The notes under the pieces: generated by a model
The model's input: only the letters and a program-made list of their open reading frames with translations
The model's database searches: none
What the model was told of the DNA's origin: nothing
In this document: positions 37,895 through 47,549 of the stretch, piece by piece
Layout: each line of letters opens with the position of its first letter
How positions within the stretch are numbered: the first letter of the stretch is position 1
Position numbers and translations under genes: made by a program
NCBI GenBank assembly: GCA_014729995.1
Contig: WJIZ01000044.1
Location: 14,330 to 78,329 of the forward strand
Length of the DNA: 64,000 nt
Source of the DNA: Candidatus Woesearchaeota archaeon
GTDB taxonomy: Archaea > Nanobdellota > Nanobdellia > Woesearchaeales > WJIZ01
Reading direction: 5' to 3'

Positions 37895-38030
37895 ATGTTT
37901 TTTTTTGATATTCTAAAGTTTATATATTTTGTCAGTCCATTTTTGCATATTCTGGCCAATGGATAATTTATAGACGATAACACTACAGGAAAATAGAAAA
38001 ATTTAAAATGGTTGGGTTTATCAAAAAAAT

Positions 38031-39752
38031 ATGCTTGAAAGCTTATTTATTGAACTCAGCCTGATTATCATCTTAGCTACACTAATTGCAGCCATAGTAA
38101 GATTATTGAAACAGCCCCTGATTATTGCATATATACTCACAGGCATTATTGCAAGCCCGTATGTATTGGATATTGTGCCTCCCCCTGAAAATATTGAAAC
38201 TTTTGCCCATATAGGCATTGCATTGCTTCTATTTATGGTAGGATTAAGTCTCAATCTGAAAAACATAAAAGATGTAGGCAAGGTTGCAATTGCTACCGCT
38301 GTAGGCCAGGTAGTTTTTACAACTTCAGCTGGATTTCTAATCGGAAAATGGCTGGGATTTTCAACCATATCTTCAATTTATATCGCAATTGCCATTTCAT
38401 TTAGTAGCACCATTATAATTATGAAGCTGATATCAGATAAGGGAGATATAGAATCACTTTACGCACGTATAGCAGTTGGTTTCTTAATCGTGCAGGATAT
38501 AATAGCAGTATTTGCACTGCTCTTCGTTTCCTCTATATCAAAAGGCGCTGACTTTGCAAATCTCATAACCAACCTTCTCTTTGTGGGAGTGGGTCTGACA
38601 GTAGGATTATTTCTTATGAGCATCTACGTATTGCCAAAAATAACCAAATTGGTGGCAAAATCACAGGAGTATCTTCTTTTATTTTCACTTGGGTGGTGTT
38701 TTGCTATCTCTTCCATCTTCTATTATTTTAATTTTTCAATCGAAATTGGGGCATTATTAGCAGGAATCAGCCTGGCAGCATCTCCCTATAGATATGAAAT
38801 AAGCTCAAAACTCAGGCCGCTCAGGGACTTTTTTCTTATACTTTTTTTCATTTATCTTGGTGACCAGTTGATTTTTGGAGATATCAAATTGTATATTTTA
38901 CCGGTAATAATTTTATCAGCTTTGATTTTATTTGGCAATCCGTTAATAGTCCTGATATTGATGGGATTATCAGGATATACTAAGAAAAATAGTTTTTTTG
39001 CTGGATTAACAGTAGCCCAAATAAGCGAATTCTCACTGATACTCATTACTTTAGGTGTTGCAGTAGGCCATATTGATAAATCACTTTTGACCATAATTAC
39101 AATGATAGGCCTTATAACAATAACTGCATGTACTTATATGGTAACTTATTCAAAAAACATATATTCACATTTATCTAATTTTTTATCCATATTTGAAAAA
39201 AAAGGGGCAAAGATAGACGAACATAAATACCACCATGAAAAGGGATATGACATTCTATTGCTAGGTTACAATAGAATAAGCTATGACCTGGTTCATTCTT
39301 TGAAAAAATTAAGAAAAGATTTTCTGATTGTTGATTACAACCCGGAAACAATCAAAAAACTGGCGGAAGAGGGCCTTCATTGCAGGTATGGGGATGTCGG
39401 CGATATAGAACTTTTAAATGAGCTAAACCTGACAAAAGCTAAAATGGTAATTTCTACTGTGCCTGACTTTGACACAAACCTTCTGTTAATATCAAAAATA
39501 AGGGAGAGAAATAAGAAAGCAATAATCATTGTAATATCTCATCAGATAGATGAATCCTTAAAACTCTATGACGAAGGAGCAAGTTATGTAATAATGCCGC
39601 ATTTCCTTGGGGGGAGCCATGCGTCTGCAATGATTGAGGAAAACAAACTCGATATTAACAAGTTCCTTCAGCATAAGATAGCACACATAGAATATCTCAA
39701 AGAAAGGGATAAGCTTAAGAATATTCATCCAGCCCATGACCGGAAAAAATAA
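38031..39752 (+). CDS. Monovalent cation:proton antiporter (CPA2/Kef-type) with C-terminal RCK/TrkA-N domain
   Basis: N-terminal LIIILATLIAAIVRLLKQPLIIAYILTGIIASPYVLD and about 12 TM segments. A soluble Rossmann-like C-terminal domain follows (ILLLGYNRISYDLV...). Confidence 0.85.
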   Translation: MLESLFIELSLIIILATLIAAIVRLLKQPLIIAYILTGIIASPYVLDIVPPPENIETFAHIGIALLLFMVGLSLNLKNIKDVGKVAIATAVGQVVFTTSAGFLIGKWLGFSTISSIYIAIAISFSSTIIIMKLISDKGDIESLYARIAVGFLIVQDIIAVFALLFVSSISKGADFANLITNLLFVGVGLTVGLFLMSIYVLPKITKLVAKSQEYLLLFSLGWCFAISSIFYYFNFSIEIGALLAGISLAASPYRYEISSKLRPLRDFFLILFFIYLGDQLIFGDIKLYILPVIILSALILFGNPLIVLILMGLSGYTKKNSFFAGLTVAQISEFSLILITLGVAVGHIDKSLLTIITMIGLITITACTYMVTYSKNIYSHLSNFLSIFEKKGAKIDEHKYHHEKGYDILLLGYNRISYDLVHSLKKLRKDFLIVDYNPETIKKLAEEGLHCRYGDVGDIELLNELNLTKAKMVISTVPDFDTNLLLISKIRERNKKAIIIVISHQIDESLKLYDEGASYVIMPHFLGGSHASAMIEENKLDINKFLQHKIAHIEYLKERDKLKNIHPAHDRKK

Positions 39753-39838
39753 GCCAGGCACCGACAGATTTATATATAAAGATATTCATTTTTTAACTAT
39801 TCAATAGATAAAACTCTATAATCCAAAAGGTGAAAATA

Positions 39839-41041
39839 ATGAAATCGCAAATATTCGAAAGCCGTAAGAAATCCCAGTCTGGAATGAATGCTGCTGTGCT
39901 TGTAGCGATACTCGCTGCCTTAATTATCATTTACATAATATTTCTGCCATCCAATGAAAGGCTCGAGCTGGTTGACAATGAATCAGATTTCGGGGGTTCA
40001 GGGGAAGATGAAGACGATATCCTGCTTGAGGACAAAGAAATCATTATGCAGGTAATCGGCCAGGATGAGATAGAGCATGATTTCCCCTCTGTCAATCTCT
40101 ACACAAGCACAGAAGCAGAAAAATTAAGGGAAGAAAATTCAGTATATGTAAAAAACGGTTTGTTTGATGAGCAAAGCAAGCAGATAGATTTCAAGGTTAA
40201 AGACCCAGACAACACTAAAAACATACTGCTTAGCTTCGAAGCTAAAAAAAGGAAAGGTAGGCTAATAATTGTCCTGAACGACTATGAGATATATAACAAT
40301 AAAGTTGAAAAAGTTAATGTAGACCCCATAAAAATATCCAATGATTACATTGGAGAAGACAATCAACTCAGCTTGAGCGTTTCCGGAGTGGGGGCAGCGT
40401 TCTGGTCAACTAATGAGTATCTTCTCGAGAATTTTAAGATAACAGCAGATATTACAGACACCTCAACAAGAGAAGCAGAAATAAAGTTTGTGCTTTCGGA
40501 AGGGGAGGCAGGGAATATAGAAAAGTCAGAGCTAAGGTTCGTTCCTGACTGCCAGCCCGCTAACGTCGGCTTGCTGACCATACTCATAAACAGAAATGAG
40601 ATTTATTCTTCTGTGCCTGACTGCGGCATAGCCCGGCCTCTTGAATTTGCCCCCATGTATTTGTTAAGGGGGGAAAATAAGCTTACTTTCAGCACAGAAA
40701 GGGGCAGATATCTTATAGACCAGATAAAAATCACCAATGACTTGGAAGAGCAGCCTTCCTATACATATTTTTTCGAGCTAGAAAATGATGAGCTTGAGGA
40801 TATCGAAGATGAGCAAAAGAAAGTTAATCTCACATTCTACTTTGTGGATGATAAGGAAGACAAGGAAGCTGAAATCGTGATAAACGGCATGCGCAGCCTC
40901 TCCATGAGATTTCATGATGCTGCTGTCTGGAGCAGGATAATTCCCGCTGACTTCCTGGAAGCCGGCTCAAACTCGCTGAAGATAATACCCGAGGAAAGGA
41001 TGGAAGTAAGGAAGCTGCAGCTAACCCTGGAAGATGATTGA
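39839..41041 (+). CDS. Uncharacterised envelope protein P1 (N-terminal signal-anchor TM, acidic linker, beta-rich ectodomain with paired Cys)
   Basis: AGGTGA SD 4 nt before the ATG at 39839. One TM (NAAVLVAILAALIIIYIIFL). PDCQP...PDCG cysteine pair. No recognisable family motif. Confidence 0.6.
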   Translation: MKSQIFESRKKSQSGMNAAVLVAILAALIIIYIIFLPSNERLELVDNESDFGGSGEDEDDILLEDKEIIMQVIGQDEIEHDFPSVNLYTSTEAEKLREENSVYVKNGLFDEQSKQIDFKVKDPDNTKNILLSFEAKKRKGRLIIVLNDYEIYNNKVEKVNVDPIKISNDYIGEDNQLSLSVSGVGAAFWSTNEYLLENFKITADITDTSTREAEIKFVLSEGEAGNIEKSELRFVPDCQPANVGLLTILINRNEIYSSVPDCGIARPLEFAPMYLLRGENKLTFSTERGRYLIDQIKITNDLEEQPSYTYFFELENDELEDIEDEQKKVNLTFYFVDDKEDKEAEIVINGMRSLSMRFHDAAVWSRIIPADFLEAGSNSLKIIPEERMEVRKLQLTLEDD

Positions 41042-41076
41042 TTTTTAAGATGAAAAAAGAGGTCAAAGTTTAGAAG

Positions 41077-43590
41077 ATGTCATTATCATCCAGAGTCAGG
41101 GACGGCTACCGCACTAACAGGGACGCTGGCAGAAACAGGGCTGTTTCTTTTGTAAGGGCACCATTTACAGGTGCATGGCAAAGTGCCCGTGAAAGATGGA
41201 TAATCCTTATTTTTATTTTAGCAGCAGGCATAATCAACCTCTTTCTGGAAGTGTTTTGGCCGCAGACTCTGGGGTTCTACGGCATAAGCCTAAGCTACTT
41301 CACAAATACTATCCTTTCCACTGACTGGATAGGGCTGTACAATATTTTTCATTTTAACATTTTTTTCCTGTTGTTAATATTCATAATTATTAACATGAGA
41401 AACAATCGCCCCCACACATTAAGAATCTGGCTTACCTTCATCCTGATTATCTATCTGTTAAGCGCCATTCCCATCTTAAACACCTACATGGGAATAAGAA
41501 ATTTCTTTGAGCTGTTCTTATTGCTTGGAACAGCCATATACATGATGCGTCAAGATTTAGATGGCGAGGACTTGGTAGCCACTGTAACGTTGCTCTGGGT
41601 TTTCTATAATCTGTATATGTTCGGCATCCCTCTTAATATGGGAGGTCTAATCCATTTCTCGTTCTTTGTAGTCTTCTTTCTGACTTTCGGGATAAGCAGG
41701 TTGTTTGAACAGGACAGGACTCAGGTTAAATGGTGGCTCTTGTTTATAATTATTTTCGATGTCTTTATGCCTGCTTTTTTCGCAGATATCTATCCAAACC
41801 TGCCTATATCAACTTTACCGTTTCTGTTATTTGGTACATTAATCTTTGCACAGGCCTTTGCGCCATCCGGATGGAGCACTGCAGGCATCATTGTTGTAGT
41901 AGCTTTCTATTTTCTCCAGTTTGCCGCTGCCTCAGAAGCATTTCAGGATATGATTCCACAAAGGCAGGCAGGTGATTCTGAGATGGAACACAGAAAAATC
42001 TGGCATCTGGGCTACTGGTCATCAAAAATAGCAGGCATGATGAACCGCTCTGTTTACCATGCCTCAGGCCAGGACTACTATGCAAGCCAGGTTGACAGGA
42101 ACTCAAAGAAAAGGCTTGGCGTATATTTAGATGACATAAGCAGCAATTCCAAATACTATTATGATAACGAACGTATAATCATTGACGCCACTCTTACCGC
42201 AGAAAATTTTGTAACAGACGAGAAAGACCCTGTCTTCGAGGAAATAGGGATTTTATTGGGATGCGAAGCATGTAATAGGGATAAATGCATCAAAGGGGAA
42301 ATCTATCCAAGGTCAGAATACCAGATAGAAAGCTATGAAGTAGAAAACATACAGTGCATATTCCAGCCCTGGCAGATGAAAAAAGGCAGCTATGACATAA
42401 AATTCATGGCAGAATTTAATTTCCGCACAGAAGCATACCTCAAGCGCTACTTTGTTTCAAAGGAAAGGATAGAGTCATTGAGAAGAAAGCAGCTCATCAA
42501 AAAAGATGAAGACATCTTAAAGATAAATGATATTTCTGACAGGAATCCAGTTGCCAAAAACAGCGTGGGACCGGTACAGATAGGGGTTTCAGACAGAATT
42601 CCTGTAGTTATAAAATTAGACAGCCAGAGCACCAATGAGCATCTCTTCGGGATACAACTGGTAAATGAATGGAATGGAGAGATAGGCAAGATAACAAACA
42701 TGGAGTTTTACCTGCCCGAAGGCATAGAACTGGTTGGGGGCAAGTGTGATTTCCACATGGAAAATGCCCCTATAGCAGAAGAAAGGTTCGAAGGCTATGA
42801 AAGGTACCAGCTAACTGACAGATATAACCCCAAATTATATAATAAAATACAAGACAGGACTGAACAGGACTGCTGGATAAAGATAGACCGTGAAGATATC
42901 GGGAATGTTTTGCAGCCAGGAGACATAACAACAAGGTACTTTCGCATGCTCACAGAATATGAATACATCCTGGAAGAGTCTCTTCCAATAACAATAAGAG
43001 AGCCCGAAGGCTTCAGTGTAAAAATAACAGCGGCCGTAAATGAGATTCTTGACTCAACCTCAAAAATAAAATGCACAGCAAAAAATGACAAAGAATTCCC
43101 TAGTGACGTAACTTTCACATTATACAAAAATGGAAGTAAAGAATCATCAAAAAGCAAACAATGCCTTGACAATAAATGCGAAGATATCTTTAAATATAGC
43201 TTTAAAGCAGGAACAAACCTGAAATGCGAAGCAGGCTACACAGAAGATGATGAACAAAGGCTGGTAGCAGCATACACAACAGTAGAGAACTCACCAGCAA
43301 AAATAAAAAATATTGAATTCGAGAAGGAGAAAGTAAATAAGGGAGAAAACCTGGTCTGCAGTGTCGAAACAGCAGACAAGGACAATGATCATGTAACGGT
43401 CAGGTTTGAATTTGAAGGCCTCTACATAGCCTCCTCGCAAAAAGCATGTAACAACAAATGTAAAGTCGAAATCCCGACTGGCAGCGCTGAAAAAGAAACA
43501 GTAGTAACATGCATAGCAACAGCTTATGACACCCAAAAAGGAGAACAGGGCTCAGCAAAAGCAAAAATAATAGTGCAAAATGATCAATAA
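41077..43590 (+). CDS. Uncharacterised polytopic membrane protein P2 (~10 TM) with a ~530-aa Cys-rich extracytoplasmic C-terminal region
   Basis: Hydrophobic segments between about aa 40 and 295, then a soluble region ending in two tandem ~90-aa four-Cys modules. Its stop overlaps the start of P3. Confidence 0.6.
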   Translation: MSLSSRVRDGYRTNRDAGRNRAVSFVRAPFTGAWQSARERWIILIFILAAGIINLFLEVFWPQTLGFYGISLSYFTNTILSTDWIGLYNIFHFNIFFLLLIFIIINMRNNRPHTLRIWLTFILIIYLLSAIPILNTYMGIRNFFELFLLLGTAIYMMRQDLDGEDLVATVTLLWVFYNLYMFGIPLNMGGLIHFSFFVVFFLTFGISRLFEQDRTQVKWWLLFIIIFDVFMPAFFADIYPNLPISTLPFLLFGTLIFAQAFAPSGWSTAGIIVVVAFYFLQFAAASEAFQDMIPQRQAGDSEMEHRKIWHLGYWSSKIAGMMNRSVYHASGQDYYASQVDRNSKKRLGVYLDDISSNSKYYYDNERIIIDATLTAENFVTDEKDPVFEEIGILLGCEACNRDKCIKGEIYPRSEYQIESYEVENIQCIFQPWQMKKGSYDIKFMAEFNFRTEAYLKRYFVSKERIESLRRKQLIKKDEDILKINDISDRNPVAKNSVGPVQIGVSDRIPVVIKLDSQSTNEHLFGIQLVNEWNGEIGKITNMEFYLPEGIELVGGKCDFHMENAPIAEERFEGYERYQLTDRYNPKLYNKIQDRTEQDCWIKIDREDIGNVLQPGDITTRYFRMLTEYEYILEESLPITIREPEGFSVKITAAVNEILDSTSKIKCTAKNDKEFPSDVTFTLYKNGSKESSKSKQCLDNKCEDIFKYSFKAGTNLKCEAGYTEDDEQRLVAAYTTVENSPAKIKNIEFEKEKVNKGENLVCSVETADKDNDHVTVRFEFEGLYIASSQKACNNKCKVEIPTGSAEKETVVTCIATAYDTQKGEQGSAKAKIIVQNDQ

Positions 43591-44566
43591 AACAATTGCA
43601 GCATTAATCCCTTTTTTGCTAATCATAGCTTCATGCTCTCCTCGTGCAGATAATACGGAAGAAAAGCTGCAGGCAGGCACAGCAGGTCTGGAATTGGAAT
43701 TTATAAAGCAGGGAATTCCAAAACAAATAACAGAACAAAACCAGCTCTACGGCATGATCGAATTAAGAAACAAGGGCTACTATGATATAAATGATGCGCT
43801 GCTGGTTCTTTCACTGGAAAAGGATTTATTGGAAATCGATTCATGGGACATGCCTGAAACTTTCAGGAAAAATTCTGACAACACAGTATCTTTCAGCCTT
43901 AAGGGCAAGTCACTTTCCAACAGCAACGGGGAAAAGCAGGTAGTAACCGCAGTAATAAATTCAAGAGAAATAGATGAGACAAGGAACAAGATAGAGTCAA
44001 TAATATCTGCAGCAGCATGCTACCCTTATTCTACTGTCTTCTCAGGCACTATATGCATAGATACAGACCCCAATAATTTGCGCATAGCTGAAAAAACATG
44101 TGAAACCAGGGATATATTAGCCTCAAGCCAGGGCGCGCCCGTAGCAATAACCAGGATTGAACAGAAAGTATTACCAGGAAGTTCAAGCAGTAATATAAGG
44201 CTTCAGTTTACTGTTTATGCAGAAAATAAAGGCAGGGGCATAATCATAGATCCTTATAGGTATAAAGAAATTTGTTTAGGAAAAAATATCAGAAAGCAGG
44301 ATTATAATTCACTTATTATGGAATCCTTCGAATTTTCCGGCTATATGTACGAATATGGTGAGGATTACGAGATAGACTGCATCCCAAATCCAATGAAAGA
44401 GACAAAAGATAGCTATTATACAAAATGTACCTTAAAAGAAATCTCTTCTATTCCGAAAAGCAGGCTTACTTTCGAAACACCTTTAGTCATACAGCTTTCC
44501 TATGGGTACAGCACAACAGAAACCCACGAGATATCCATACTTAATAATGAACAGGAAATTATTTAG
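43580..44566 (+). CDS. Uncharacterised lipobox lipoprotein P3 (paralog family with P4 and P5)
   Basis: Signal peptide ending LLIIASC (lipobox). Shares motifs with P4/P5 (AAACYPY..ICID, SQGAPVAITRI, FTVYAENKGRG). Confidence 0.65.
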   Translation: MINKTIAALIPFLLIIASCSPRADNTEEKLQAGTAGLELEFIKQGIPKQITEQNQLYGMIELRNKGYYDINDALLVLSLEKDLLEIDSWDMPETFRKNSDNTVSFSLKGKSLSNSNGEKQVVTAVINSREIDETRNKIESIISAAACYPYSTVFSGTICIDTDPNNLRIAEKTCETRDILASSQGAPVAITRIEQKVLPGSSSSNIRLQFTVYAENKGRGIIIDPYRYKEICLGKNIRKQDYNSLIMESFEFSGYMYEYGEDYEIDCIPNPMKETKDSYYTKCTLKEISSIPKSRLTFETPLVIQLSYGYSTTETHEISILNNEQEII

Positions 44567-44612
44567 TTCAGCGAAACTTTTATATACAAATTTATTAGGT
44601 AATAGTAAAAAA

Positions 44613-45563
44613 ATGAAAAAGGTCATATTTTGCTTGTTTTTGGTTTCATTACTCATATTTGCTTCCTGCAATAGGAGCAGAAACAGGGAGGGAGAAGACC
44701 TGAATGATGAAGAATATAGAAGAGGGGACAAAGGATTAAGGCTCGAATTCGTAGAGGGTGCTCCTCCTGACAGGATATATACCGGTAATGAGATGGATAT
44801 CATTGTGGAAGTCAGGAATATGGGTGCATATCCAAAGACAGATTCCTTTGACGGCAGGCTTGAAATATATGGTTTTGATGAGAAAGCTTTCTCGGGAGAA
44901 AGGTGGGACGGCTCTCCTTTCCTGAGCCCCGAATTGCAGGGCAGGAGCCCCCGCTCCCCCAGGGGCGGCAGGGATGTCAAAAGGTACCAGATCGATAGGG
45001 TGGATACTTTGTTCGATTCAGAATTCTATGAGCCTACAGTCATAGCAGCAGCCTGCTATAAATATAGGACAATAGCAGACGCTTCTATATGCGTAGACCC
45101 TGAACCGTATTCTATTTTCGATGAAGACAAAGTATGCAATCTGAGGGAGGGCGGGGAAAGCTACTCATTGGGAACGCAAGGCGCTCCTGTTGCAGTTACC
45201 CGAATAAAAGAAGAAATCGCCAGCCAGGGTATACATTTCAGCATTTATATAGAAAATGTAGGAAAAGGAAAAGTAATTGATGAAAGGGCAATAAACGAAT
45301 GTCCTCTTGAACTGGATTATAATGATGTAGACAAAATTTTGGTCAGGGTCAGCCTGCCCTGGGATTCTGCCCCAGACTGCCAGCCAAAGGGCGATTACCG
45401 CGATCCTGTGAGGCTGGATGAGAGCGGAACCGGCTTCATCTTTTGCACATTCAGAAAACCGGATTCAAAGTCTGCTATCGAAACAAACTTGCATATAGAG
45501 CTTGATTACCGCTATCTGGACTGGGAAGAAAAAAAGATAAGAATAATCAATCTGGATAGGTAA
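44613..45563 (+). CDS. Uncharacterised lipobox lipoprotein P4
   Basis: MKKVIFCLFLVSLLIFASC lipobox. Motifs AAACYKY..ICVD, TQGAPVAVTRI and FSIYIENVGKG. The ATG at 44613 is chosen over the track start at 44502, which would overlap P3. Confidence 0.65.
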   Translation: MKKVIFCLFLVSLLIFASCNRSRNREGEDLNDEEYRRGDKGLRLEFVEGAPPDRIYTGNEMDIIVEVRNMGAYPKTDSFDGRLEIYGFDEKAFSGERWDGSPFLSPELQGRSPRSPRGGRDVKRYQIDRVDTLFDSEFYEPTVIAAACYKYRTIADASICVDPEPYSIFDEDKVCNLREGGESYSLGTQGAPVAVTRIKEEIASQGIHFSIYIENVGKGKVIDERAINECPLELDYNDVDKILVRVSLPWDSAPDCQPKGDYRDPVRLDESGTGFIFCTFRKPDSKSAIETNLHIELDYRYLDWEEKKIRIINLDR

Positions 45564-45609
45564 GCTTTATATAGTTAAAAATTTCATTTTTAAAATGGAG
45601 GCTGTTACG

Positions 45610-46548
45610 ATGAAATTAAAAACTCTGTCAATAATGTTCATTATCGCAATATTTATACTCTCGGGCTGCACGCAGGAGGATGATTCCGGCATCAAAACAA
45701 AGGATCCCTTCATAGGCGGAACAGAAGCTGTGCTTATAAGTTTCCTGGAAGATGCCCCCCTTCCTGAAGTCAGGGCTGGCGGAGATTTCCCGTTTGATGT
45801 TGTAGTCAGGCTCAAGAACGAGGGCGAACACGCCATACCAAAAGATGAGCTTACTGTCACAATCTCAGGAATAAATGCGCAGGAATTTAATAAAGAAGAA
45901 TCTGAATTGGTAAAAAGTCCCGAAGAAGACTTAGATGCAAGAAGAAAGGAGAACAGCGATATAATAGATTCTAATCCTGTCTTTGTAGAATATCAGGATT
46001 TCAACAGGGCAGAAGATTTCTCAGGCAATACCTACACTATCAGGGCAGATGTGTGCTATGGATATGCAACAGAAGCAGTATCTACTATATGCATAAAATC
46101 AAACAATCTCGATGATAAGGAAGGGGTATGCACAGTTAACGAAGACAAACAAGTTCACAGCTCCGGGGCGCCTGTTAAAATGGAAAACATGAAAGAGACA
46201 GCTACAGCCAAAAACAAGGTAAGGTTCAGTTTCGATATTGTGCACAAAGGCAACGGCAGGATTTATAAAAAGGATTCAGACTGTGGAAAAGAGGACAGAA
46301 GGGCAAATGAAGACAAGGTTTGGGTAGAGGTAAGCACCGGTCTGGAAGGGCTGGAATGTACAGGCCTTAGCGGCGGAACAGGAAATTCCGGGTTCGCTAC
46401 GCTGTACAGCGGAGATAAGAGGATAACCTGCACCCAGACCGTGGACACAACCTCAGACTATGAAAAGACCGTGGAAATAACAGTGGAATATGAATATGAG
46501 GATAACGCAGAAACATCTGTTACAGTATTAAGTGCAGCAGGGAATTAA
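45610..46548 (+). CDS. Uncharacterised lipobox lipoprotein P5
   Basis: MKLKTLSIMFIIAIFILSGC lipobox. GGAGG lies 8 nt upstream of the ATG at 45610 (an ATG at 45595 is also possible). Motifs ADVCYGY..ICIK, SSGAPVKMENM and FSFDIVHKGNG. Confidence 0.65.
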   Translation: MKLKTLSIMFIIAIFILSGCTQEDDSGIKTKDPFIGGTEAVLISFLEDAPLPEVRAGGDFPFDVVVRLKNEGEHAIPKDELTVTISGINAQEFNKEESELVKSPEEDLDARRKENSDIIDSNPVFVEYQDFNRAEDFSGNTYTIRADVCYGYATEAVSTICIKSNNLDDKEGVCTVNEDKQVHSSGAPVKMENMKETATAKNKVRFSFDIVHKGNGRIYKKDSDCGKEDRRANEDKVWVEVSTGLEGLECTGLSGGTGNSGFATLYSGDKRITCTQTVDTTSDYEKTVEITVEYEYEDNAETSVTVLSAAGN

Positions 46549-47504
46549 TTTCTTTCACCTATAAGGCCAACCTCTGCAAGAAATGCCTCCAATTGGACAA
46601 ATTCATCGCTTCCTTCTGTGATTCTGTATTCTGCTTCCCCGCATTTACTGATAAGCTCAAGCTGTTTTCTTCCGGTAATCTCCAAGTTGAGTATTTCCTT
46701 CTGGATCTGCTTGATTAAGTCAATCCCCGAAAGCCCATGTTTCAGCATAGTGTCCAGAAGCTTTTTCCTCGCATCAATAAAATTGTTATTAAGAGCTAAT
46801 TTCAATATATTGATAACTTCCTTCGGCTTGGCAGAAGACGCGATTGAAAAAATCTTTTCTTCAGTAATGTCTTTCCCAAGCACAGAGCTTGCCTGTAATA
46901 TGTTCTCTAATTTTCTGCAGTCCCCCCCTGAGACTTCGATCAGCGCATCCTTCCCCTTACCCTCTATTCTCAAGCCCTCTTCCCTTGCTATTTTATCTAT
47001 TATTAACATTAAGTCTTTCATGTCAAGCGGCTTAAACCTGAAGACCGCGCATCTGCTCTGTATAGGGTCTATTATCTTGCTTGAATAGTTGCAGCCAAGG
47101 ATAAACCTGCACGTAGCAGTATAGTTCTCCATTGTTCTCCTTAATGCCTGCTGCGCTTCCTTGGTTAAGGCATCAGACTCATCAAGGTATATTATTTTAA
47201 AAGGCACATCCCCGATGGACTTTGTCCTTGCAAAATCCTTGACCTTAACCCTGATAACATCTATCCCTCTTTCATCAGAAGCATTCAGCTCTAGAAAATT
47301 CTGCCTCCACTGCTCTTTATAAAGCTGCTTTGCAATGACAAGTGCAAGTGTGGTCTTCCCCACTCCTGCCGGGCCGGCAAATAATAGATGCGGCATATTC
47401 TGCTGCTCTACAAAGCTCTTTATCCTGCTGACTATCTCTTTCTGCCCCTTGATATCAGAAAAATTCTGTGGCCTGTACTTCTCGGTCCAGATTGCATGCT
47501 CCAT
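46545..47504 (-). CDS. rfcS: Replication factor C small subunit
   Basis: WTEKYRPQNF, GPAGVGKTT, DESD and SRC (IQSRCAVFRF) motifs. No intein. Confidence 0.95.
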   Translation of the reverse strand: MEHAIWTEKYRPQNFSDIKGQKEIVSRIKSFVEQQNMPHLLFAGPAGVGKTTLALVIAKQLYKEQWRQNFLELNASDERGIDVIRVKVKDFARTKSIGDVPFKIIYLDESDALTKEAQQALRRTMENYTATCRFILGCNYSSKIIDPIQSRCAVFRFKPLDMKDLMLIIDKIAREEGLRIEGKGKDALIEVSGGDCRKLENILQASSVLGKDITEEKIFSIASSAKPKEVINILKLALNNNFIDARKKLLDTMLKHGLSGIDLIKQIQKEILNLEITGRKQLELISKCGEAEYRITEGSDEFVQLEAFLAEVGLIGERN

Positions 47505-47549
47505 ATGTCAAAAGAAACAAAACTATATTTAAATAATTATTGAATAAGG

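Noticed and set aside
39839-39950. Possible class III (prepilin-like) signal peptide in P1 (KKSQSGMNAAVLVAIL resembles KGQSAMEYL-type pilin N-termini)
   Set aside because: It lacks the Lys/Arg-Gly cleavage context and the conserved Glu at +5. Treated as an ordinary signal-anchor TM helix.
44502-44612. Longer N-terminus for lipoprotein P4 given in the ORF track
   Set aside because: It would overlap P3 by 65 nt and place about 37 non-signal residues ahead of a perfect lipoprotein signal peptide that begins at the ATG at 44613.
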